NCBI RefSeq assembly: GCF_000743755.1
Contig: NW_014569487.1
Span: 1-43,027 of the forward strand
Direction of reading: 5' to 3'
Length of the DNA: 43,027 nucleotides
From: Blastocystis sp. subtype 4
Lineage: Eukaryota
The position numbers were made by a program, and so were the translations under genes. Of the stretch, positions 34,240-43,027 are shown in pieces (within the stretch, counting starts at the first letter, position 1; each line of letters begins with the position of its first letter). The notes beneath the pieces are model-generated. The model was not told the DNA's origin, ran no database searches, and worked only from the letters and a program-made list of their open reading frames with translations.

Positions 34240-36040
34240 TTACAGCAGACCCTCAAAGAAGTTGTTTCCCTTATCATCCACCAACAGGAAGGCAGGGAAG
34301 TCAACAACCTCAATCTTCCAGATAGCTTCCATACCCAGCTCAGGGTACTCTAAACATTCCACCTTCTTGATATTCTCCTTTGCCAATACAGCAGCAGGAC
34401 CACCAATACTACCCAAATAGAAGCCTCCATACTTCTTGCAAGCATCTGTTACCTGCTGACTACGATTACCCTTTGCCAGAGAAATCATGCTACCTCCTTG
34501 TGCCATGAATGGATCCAGATATGGGTCCATACGACCTGCTGTCGTAGGACCGAACGAACCTGAAGCCATACCCTTAGGAGTCTTTGCAGGACCAGCATAG
34601 TAGACGATATGGTCTTTCATGTACTGAGGCATTGGCTCACCACGATCCAATCTCTCCTTGATCTTGGCATGAGCGATATCACGACCCACAATAATAGGTC
34701 CAGTCAGAGAGAAACGTGTTTTCACAGGATACTTGTGAATGATAGCAAGAATGTCCTTCATAGGCTGATTCAGATCGATCTTCACAGCATTGTCAACTTG
34801 ATTCTGAGCANGAAAAGACCCTCCTCAGTAATCTTAGCCCAACACTAACAGTAATTCCACCAAATCACAGGATACCTGACGATCAGCAGAACATGACACT
34901 CCAATGGCGACAGGGCAGGAAGCACCATGACGAGGCATACGAACCACACGCACATCATGACAGAAGTATTTACCTCCGAACTGGGCTCCAATTCCCATCT
35001 TCCGTGTCATTTCAAGAATGGTATTCTCCATCTCAATATCTCGGAACGCACGACCATACTCGTTACCACTGGTATGAAGGTTATCCAAATACTTCGCTGA
35101 TGCCAACTTCACAGTCTTCAAGCAGGTCTCAGCAGAGGTACCTCCGATAGCGATAGCCAGATGATATGGAGGACAAGCTGCGGTACCCAGTGACTTGATT
35201 TTGGCTTCCAGGAAAGGCATCAAACGTTCTACTCATCATGCATACATCTCTCTCCTACCAGGAGTCAACAGAGCCTTTGTCTCTTGGAACAGGTAAGATT
35301 TGTTAGCAGAACCACCTCCCTTTGCCATAAACATGAACTTATACTCATTGCCAGGAATGGAGAACAGATCGATCTGAGCAGGCAGATTTGTCTTCGTGTT
35401 CACTTCTTCATACATTGAGAGAGGAGCATTCTGACTGTAACGAAGATTCAACTTCGTGTAAGCATTGTATCTGACTATCATACAATCACTTCACACTTAC
35501 ACTCCACGAGACAGTGACTCACCATCGTGTTCATCAGTCCACACATACTGACCCTTCTTACCCATAATGATAGCAGTACCTGTATCCTGGCAAGAGGGAA
35601 GCTGCATCTCAGCAGCAATCGTTGCATTCTTCAAAAAGTTCATAGCAACATACTTGTCATTATCTGAAGCTTCAGGATCCTCCATGATCTGGACAAGCTT
35701 CTCCAAATGAGCAGAAATGGGAAATCTCTCCCATGCAAGTTTCGGCAAGAAGACTAGATACTCAAGTAAAATAAGAAACCTACGTTAAACCCTCAGGAGC
35801 CACTTTCAAGATCTTCTTTCCATCAACCTCAATGGTAGACACATAGTCACCAGTGATCTTGCGGTATTTGGTGGTATCAGGCTTTGCATTCTCAAAGATA
35901 TCCTGATATACAAATGGCTTGTTAACAGGTTGAGGTGCTTCTTGTTCAGCTACACATTACGATTTGTGAGGACACAAAATACCGCAATGGCAATTCTCAC
36001 AGGGCTATACGTTATTTGTTTCATTGAATCCACCTACCAT
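34240..36040 (-). CDS. Class I (Fe-S) fumarate hydratase
   Basis: [81 protein letters not shown]. Contains an apparent frameshift near 35716 and an assembly N at 34812. Confidence 0.95.
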
Positions 36041-36134
36041 ATGTACGATTTCTCTTAAAGAAAGGATTATGTGATCCAAACGGGGAAAACGTGGAAAGTA
36101 TAGGTGGAAATAGCGAGAATAATTGGATAATAGA

Positions 36135-39100
36135 ATGGAGAATTCCAGGGAATCCATTATTCGCCGAATTCGAACCAGCATATTTGAAGGATCTGATAGT
36201 AACAAGTACGCTGTCAATCAACCATCAGTCTCAATAGATTCGGATACTATTGTGGATTCCTATTATACCTATTCTCAATTATCCGAATCAGTCAACCAAT
36301 GTGTTTCTTCTTTGAGATCTCTTGGTCTCTCTCAAAGTAGTATGGTTCTACTTGTTCTTGATGTAGATTCACATCCATAATATTCATTCATAGAATGGAA
36401 TCAGTTTTGTATCATGGGTTTTATCATGTCTTTTAGAATGTATCTGTTTTCTCTGTATTGATCCCTGTTGATTTGTATGTTATTCATCATTTCTAGACGA
36501 TGATGTTAAAAGAAGACGAATTCCATCTCTTTTGAATGATTTACCTGTAAATCTATTAGTTACATCTCCTGAAGTTTATTTGGATAGCTTTGGATCCATT
36601 GATTTGCTTCCTCCATTGTTCATCGTTGATTCAATGTGTCACTACGTATTCCAGAATCTCAAATCCGATACAGCATCCGTATCTCTAAATGAGGGGCAAA
36701 GGGAATTTGTTGAAAATTCCTTATTTGCTATGTATGTGTTGATTATTCCTTTCACATTCAGATGTACCAGTGGATCAACAGAAACGCACTCTGGAATAAT
36801 TTTTCAATCCTCAGAAGGTATTCTATCTCGGTTGAATTGGATGTCGTCCCTTCTCCATGGTTCTCTGAAGGAAGTTGAATTCATTTCTTGTTTTTCTGGT
36901 ACAGGATTCATTGATTCAGTTACAATTCTTCTTGATAGTATTGTCAGTCATCGCTGTCTCCTGATTCCCGATCACTCTATTCTCTATCAACCTTCTCTCC
37001 TTTCTTCCCTTCTCATAACTTCTCGTATTCATCTTTTACGAATCACTCCATCATTACTTCTAACTATCTGTGTCAACCATTCTGTCATTCACTCAACAAT
37101 CCAAATTCACCTATCAGGAGAACTGTTAACGTCAGCAGTCTATAAGAGACTTCAGGAATCTCTTCCAAATGCTCACTTTACCAATGTTTATGGAGGTGGA
37201 TTTGATTCACTTTCCTCATCTGTAGCTTCCGAGACTTCTGGTGACTGTTTCTCATTTAACTGTGATCTCTTTCATAATGAAGACTGTGTAGTGCCTATAG
37301 GAACACCTCTTCCTGGTTGTCAATATCATATCACTCAACAGGAACTCATTATTGAAGGATCCTTCTTGTGTTATGGTGAATGGAATCATAAGCGAATGAG
37401 CTGTTTTCATTCAGGAGACATTGCTAAGGAAATAACAATGTTTCACTCAACTGGAGACAAAGGAATGGCATTGCAACAAGTTCTAGTCACAGGTAGAAGG
37501 ATGGATAATGATATAATGAAGGTTCATGGCGTAAGGTATTCCAAGAATATGATTCGATCCTTATTCCTTCAATGCCCTATGATCAGTGATGTCTGGTTAA
37601 CAGCTGACCAGAATCAGCTTGTTTTGATCCTTCTAACAAACTCATCAGCTTCTGATGAGGACATTCTAAAACAGATTCGATGTGAGATTAGAGAACGATT
37701 CCCGTGGTTTGTAGTACCATGGACTGGAACTCTGATCCATTCAATTCCTCATCTCTCAGGCAAACTAACGAATCAAGTAATCATTACTGCTGTGAGGAGT
37801 TCACATAACGTTGATAAGGAACAATTATCAGCAAATAATGAGAACCGGGTGACTCGTTCGTTATCCCCATCTCAAACCACTCAACTCAGTGAGTTGACAG
37901 TCCAAAGATTGATGAGTGAGATTGTGGGATGTAAACTCCAACCAAATGATGATTTCTACAATGCAGGAGGAGACAGTTTACGAACCCTCATTCTGGTAGA
38001 GAGATTGTATGAACTAGGAATACCGCATTCTCTTCAACCAAGAGATATCTTTGCTCATTCCACTCCTGTATCGCTCTATACCTTCTTATCATCGAAAGAT
38101 ACCAGCTACACAATTCATCCACACAGTTATCCATCTCCAATTCCTTGTCATTCGTTCCATCATTCCATTACTCTTGTATCTGAGATTCCTTTTCTACGTT
38201 GTGTGGATTGTGATCCCATCGCTATCACTAGCAATGTCTTTTGTTGTTGTTGTCATGGTGGACTGCTCAAACTCTGTGAACTCCAGCCAAATAAAGTCAC
38301 TACTCTCTTAGAAACACAGCTTCATGAACGAGTAGAGAAATCACTCACACTTCATAATGATTCTCTTATCGTTGGTACTTATCAAGGTTCTCTCTACTTC
38401 CTTGATCGACACAATGGATCAATTCAATCACATATGTCACTAGGAGGAGAATGTCGATCTCCTATGGGTGTGTGTGAGAATGTGGGCGCAATCTGTGCTT
38501 ACAATGGTTTTCTTTATGTAGTGAATCTTGATTCCAAACGATTGATAGCACTCCTATTTCTCAATGGAAATTGTCATGCTACACCTCTAGTAATGAAGGA
38601 TACGAAGATTCAAGTATATTGGATTGTATGTGTGACTATTCGCGGGGATCTGATTATATTGAGATATTCTCAGGGATCACTTCAGATTCGACTCAGAAAA
38701 CGATTATCTCATCCAGTATTCGCAGATCCAGTCTGGATTGGAAACAATCTTCTCATTCTTGATGTTGAAGGAGAACTCCTTGAAGTAACCCTCGATGGTG
38801 AAATCGTGGGATCTCTTAGTTTACATTCATATCTCAAGAAAGGAGGCTTATGTCATCTGGCTCCAGTTATACAGAATTCAGTTGGTTTCATATCTTGTTC
38901 GAATGGTGAGATTGTCAAAGTGGATGTGTGGACAAAGCAGATTCTTGGAACTGTAACTCTTGGTGACTCTGGCTGTATGAACTGATGAATGATTTCATCA
39001 AATAGATCTAACTCGTGTGTCATTTACTGATTCTTCTCAGTTCATTGTAGGAACAGAAAAAGGAAAGTTGTATAGTGTATCATATGATCTAATAACCGTG

Positions 39101-39205
39101 AAATGTATTTGGGAAGGAGAACCAATCTTTTCAAAACCACTTGTATTCAATCAATGGATTGTAGTAGGATGTAGAGGAGATAAACTCCTTGTGTTTCAAT
39201 TATAA
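36135..39205 (+). CDS. AASDH: AASDH/ACSF4-like NRPS-type protein (adenylation + carrier domain + PQQ-type beta-propeller)
   Basis: After removing in-frame introns: ICTSGST, LSGE, NVYGASE, VPIGTPLPG, FHSGD, GRRxxxxxMKVHGVR; carrier DFYNAGGDSL; propeller RCVDCDP, CHGG, IVGTYQG, IFSKP, VVGCRGDKL. Confidence 0.85.
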
Positions 39206-39231
39206 GCTTGTTTGATTTCAATAAACATGAA

Positions 39232-42200
39232 TACAGCATGTAACAACAATCTTTATGAATTGGTCTACATGTCAACATCCTTAACAAACCTTACATACAC
39301 CTTCCCTTACAATCATTTGTTGTTACATTCATGTTCCAAGACACTCCTGCATACGATGGTACATCCAATAACACTTTCAACCACCATGTCGAACAGTCAA
39401 TTTCCACCACCGTACCTTGAGATCCAAAAGGAACAGAAGGATGCTGAATCACAACAACACGTTTTCCTAACGATGGTAGTGGCTGCGATAACACAGCATC
39501 CGATACTATATCATACTGTCTCTCTCGGACAATCACTTCCTTTCGGGAACATGTCACCTTGACATCTGTTGTCTCATTTACTTCATACTGTTGTAAAAGT
39601 ACCATAGATTCCTCACTCACCATAAGAGTATCAGAACTGACTCGTCGGTGATACCAAACATTCTCTTCTAGCCATTCGGATATAACTTCAGCAGATTTCT
39701 ACATATCAAAGATCTAATCAACCCTTACTGCCAATTTCTCATTATTCACAACTGGTTTACGAGCACTGATAGTCACATTCGCCACGAGGACATTTCCAAA
39801 TAGACGGAAATACTCCTTTACCAATTCAATTGTACGGGCAGAATACAAAACCTCTTCCTTTGTTGTAGGCGAAGTTACCTCAGCTAATGGAGTATAGCAG
39901 GTTGGAGACAATTCCACAGATTTCTTCTCATTCTTCTGAGATACGATCTTTGCTAGTCCTTCTAACACGACAGAATTATGTCTGCAGTTGAAGCTAAGAT
40001 AGATTCTACGGCCATCCTTATTACAATAGAGATTATTCAAACAGTAGTGCAATAGAGAGGCATACTTCTTGGGAAGTTGATCCCTCACATAGTCTTCTGT
40101 GTACCAATCTCCCCCTACAAAAGGAGTAGGAGGGATTTCTGTTGGTACTGTTAAGCACACTTCGAGAGTATTCTGATTCATTGCTGTTATCACACCAGAA
40201 CAACCTTTCAACGCTCGCTCATTATTAGTAGCATTCCCAATGTAAACAACTGAATCACCCACATTCACAGAATCAGGAGAATAATCCGACAACGATTGGG
40301 TTCCTCCCAACAAATTTAACTCTTTCACTTTACGAATGAGACACAGTGGATAATCAATAGTCTGATTTAAAAAGAATAGACTCAAGGACTGGTTCTCTTG
40401 ACTCCGATAAATACGATAGACTGGACGGATCCGAACCAACACCGTACTATTCTCAATATCAAGATTTCCTATGTCATGATGATCTTTATCGGGTCCTTTC
40501 ATAGCTATTTCACGCATACTGGTTAGTTTCTCTTTTATCTTTGTCTTTTCGGTATCATCCAATTTATAAGCATGAATACTGTCTCGACTAGGAAGTCCTT
40601 CCTTTTGATTCCAATGACAACCATAATCATAAGAGAACATTTCGATCACTTGACCATACTTATGTCTGGGATAATCATATTCAACGATTTGAAACATATA
40701 CTCCATTCCACATTGTTTCATTGACTGAGCAGTTGTAATACATGGGTAACCACTCTCTGTTTCTACAATAGGTCGAGTCTCCTGTTTCCAATAATAATGA
40801 TCCTTAAATGGATTTCGACTATGTGGTTGAGAGACCACAATGTGACGTAAACCAGTACAAATTGGATATAGTGAAGGAAAGATGGCATGACGAGTTTCTT
40901 TAGTGGTATTTCTCTTCATAATCGTATACAGACGAGAAGGATCCTTCACTGCTTCTCGGACACAATGACAATTTTCAATCGCAGGAAATGATAAAGGATT
41001 TAGAGGCGTTGGCCAACTAGATATCTCGTCACTGTAGTAGAAGAGATAATCAGTGTCAGCCGCATTCCGAATCTTCTCGTCTTCCGTAAGTAAATCATCA
41101 CAATGACAATTTGTAATTGCTTCCAGAACATCTTGCTCAGAAACGTTAGGGAGAAGAGCAACTGACTCGAAGTCCTTGTGCTTTCCATTAAGATCAGTAC
41201 AGAATTCAGATGGATAATACTTGGCTAATGGAGATTCTGAGTCTACGATAAGTATCCTGTAAGAACTAGGCAGAAGGTAAGCAGAAGGAGGTGGAAGACA
41301 ACACAATAAATGTTGAAATGGAGTGAATGGCTTATTCAACTCAAACTGACTGTAGCTCCTACTGCTCATTCAATTTCTCCGTTCTTACTTTAGATACTTG
41401 GCAATATCACTAGCCAGAGGAGAATACACGAAAGGATACATCCAGGACCAGGATATACAATCTTCATAATAGTATTTCATTGACCACACAAGTCCCTTAA
41501 AGTACTCACTTGAGGCCTGAACTAAGGAAGCCTCGGTTGGATCAATACCCATCTTCACTTGATAGTACAAATGACGATAGGTCTCAAATGAAAAGGGATC
41601 CAAAAGAAACACTTCTGACTTCTGTCTTATCGCCTCCTCCTTTTCTTCGTCACTTACAGCTTTGTTACAATTCCATGTTGCCACTACTTGTAGGGAGTTC
41701 CAATAATCATCGAAATAGAATCTGTAAACTTCCTCTTCTTTCATACCTATCTTTTCAATCAGTCTCTTTGTCATTTCTATATTGGGTTCAGCCTCTGTTA
41801 CAATAAAACACTTGAATTCATTGATCAAATTCCTAGGATCAGAAACAAATCATTATCTTACACGTATATCTCCATCATCCATTGGATTACATTATCTCCA
41901 ATGTTCACAAAAGGGAGTTGGGGCATGAAATCATTACCACACAACATCATCATGAAAACAAAATCATCAATCACACGTTCTTTATCCTTTTCCTTTAACC
42001 ACGAACCAGCATTCTCCGTTAACTCACGGACCCAAAATTCCATTAATAAGGGAATATCAATAATATAATACTCCTAATGGTCAAGTTCACCTCTCATTCC
42101 AACATCATTTTGGATCCTATATGTAGAATCAAAAACATCTACCTTCCTAATAACATTTACATTCTTCTTATGAAGAGTCAAGGATAAAAAGATCAGATCG

Positions 42201-42799
42201 GCATCAGAACCATAACACAGGGTGTGGTCGCTGTCCTTATATTGCTTGTCTGCAATCAACTGACGAAGATAATCCATAATTTTGTGTTCTCCTTCACCTG
42301 GACAACGATGAGAGGAGAACAACACTGATACCTTTTTCCAAGCAGGATCCGTTGAAATACGTAATGCGATATAATACTGAATAATATCACTCATATGTTC
42401 CATAAACTCCGTTCCTGGAGTAATTTGGTTTGTATCAAATAACCCTGAATCTCCAGTTTCATAGGAACTCTTAAGTTGTTCTTGAGCTGCCATGAATCGA
42501 CGTCTCCGTTGTTGATTCAACTTATTTCGTGGAACAGTTCCATCAACCAAAATGTAAACTAGCTTCTGGGGATTTAAAAAGGTAATAATCGAATCCAATT
42601 CCACCATTACTCTAGAAGCCACCACTTCATACGATTCATTCACACAACTCGTCGAATTATCATGCGTTGCAACATGAATTAGAGCATTAACATCTATAAG
42701 CAGATTATCACATTGAGGAATCAGCGAAACTGTACTAACCTTCTGTACAGCCATCGGATACTTCGACTTGACAAACGAAAAGAAGCCTGGAACACCCAT
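39232..42799 (-). CDS. XRN1: 5'-3' exoribonuclease XRN1
   Basis: MGVPGFF, DNLLIDVNALIH, DGTVPRNKLNQQRRRRF, FDTNQITPGTEFM, PGEGEHKIMDYLR, YGSDADLIFL, LCGNDFMP, SWSWMYPFVYSPLASD, PFTPFQHLL, plus XRN1-type C-terminal domains (VPFGSQGTVV). Confidence 0.93.
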
Positions 42800-42980
42800 A
42801 GTAAAAGAATAGTGAACAATGCTGAGAGTGTGTGTCGTTATTATCAATTGTCACTTATATATCTAATGAAACTCACCTAATTTCAGTATTACTAGTGTCT
42901 TATTCCAAACGGTCCATAACAAACATCGTCAGTATATAGGAATCACCTTATTCGGGGTGACGTAGATATAAAGGATCACT

Positions 42981-43027
42981 TTAATTAACCTGAGGACCAT
43001 AAGGAGAATAATCAGGAAGTCCAGGTA
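42981..43027 (-). CDS. Probable 3' end of a gene continuing beyond the window
   Basis: Minus frame ...PGLPDYSPYGPQVN* with a TGTTTGTT element downstream at 42918-42925 (-). Too short to identify. Confidence 0.35.
   Translation of the reverse strand, partial: PGLPDYSPYGPQVN

Noticed and set aside
34200..34420. Long antisense coding overlap between PP2C and fumarase
   Set aside because: Explained by the poly(A)-created PP2C stop; the extension is just antisense fumarase sequence.
34845..34875. Fumarase intron beginning GTATCCTG as a possible U12 intron
   Set aside because: Mismatch to GTATCCTT, 31 nt like ordinary introns, and no U12 branch sequence.
41431..41439. GTATCCTTT (U12 donor consensus) on the XRN1 strand
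   Set aside because: It encodes MYPF within the conserved SWSWxYPxxYxP motif; the frame is continuous with no intron needed.
42943..42962. ATTCGGGGTGACG resembling a stretch of vertebrate U12 snRNA, within a small hairpin
   Set aside because: The conserved U12 5' end (TGCCTTAAA...GTAAGGAAA) and Sm site are absent. It sits in the probable 3'UTR of a minus-strand gene; likely chance.

Overview
Very gene-dense, AT-rich eukaryotic DNA, almost certainly Blastocystis (an anaerobic stramenopile; inferred, subtype not determined). The basis is ~30-nt GT-AG introns everywhere, tiny intergenic gaps, and a TGTTTGTT-type element at gene 3' ends. About 21 intron-rich genes were reconstructed by hand: AFG1/LACE1 ATPase, GEX1/KAR5-like nuclear fusion protein, RRP6, PDAP1, nitroreductase, UBA2/SAE2, a CCT-motif protein, a small HSP, histone H4, an Hsp70/110-NBD fused to MORN-variant repeats, a large secreted repeat protein with a WbdD-like kinase loop, a CaaX-ending LRR protein, phosphatidylserine synthase, RPS24, an NPAT-like LisH protein, 3R-MYB, peptidase C45, an RRM protein, PP2C, class I fumarase, AASDH and XRN1. 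Highlights: (1) four genes appear to get their stop codon only from polyadenylation (known Blastocystis biology, clearly visible here); (2) a 41-nt AT-AC minor-spliceosome intron and a GC-AG intron; (3) two unusual domain architectures (Hsp70-NBD+MORN; tandem methyltransferase-like/kinase-like modules); (4) a candidate compact NPAT/Mxc orthologue; (5) a karyogamy gene in an organism with no observed sex. All exon structures and family calls are by eye and from remembered family motifs; no database search was run.
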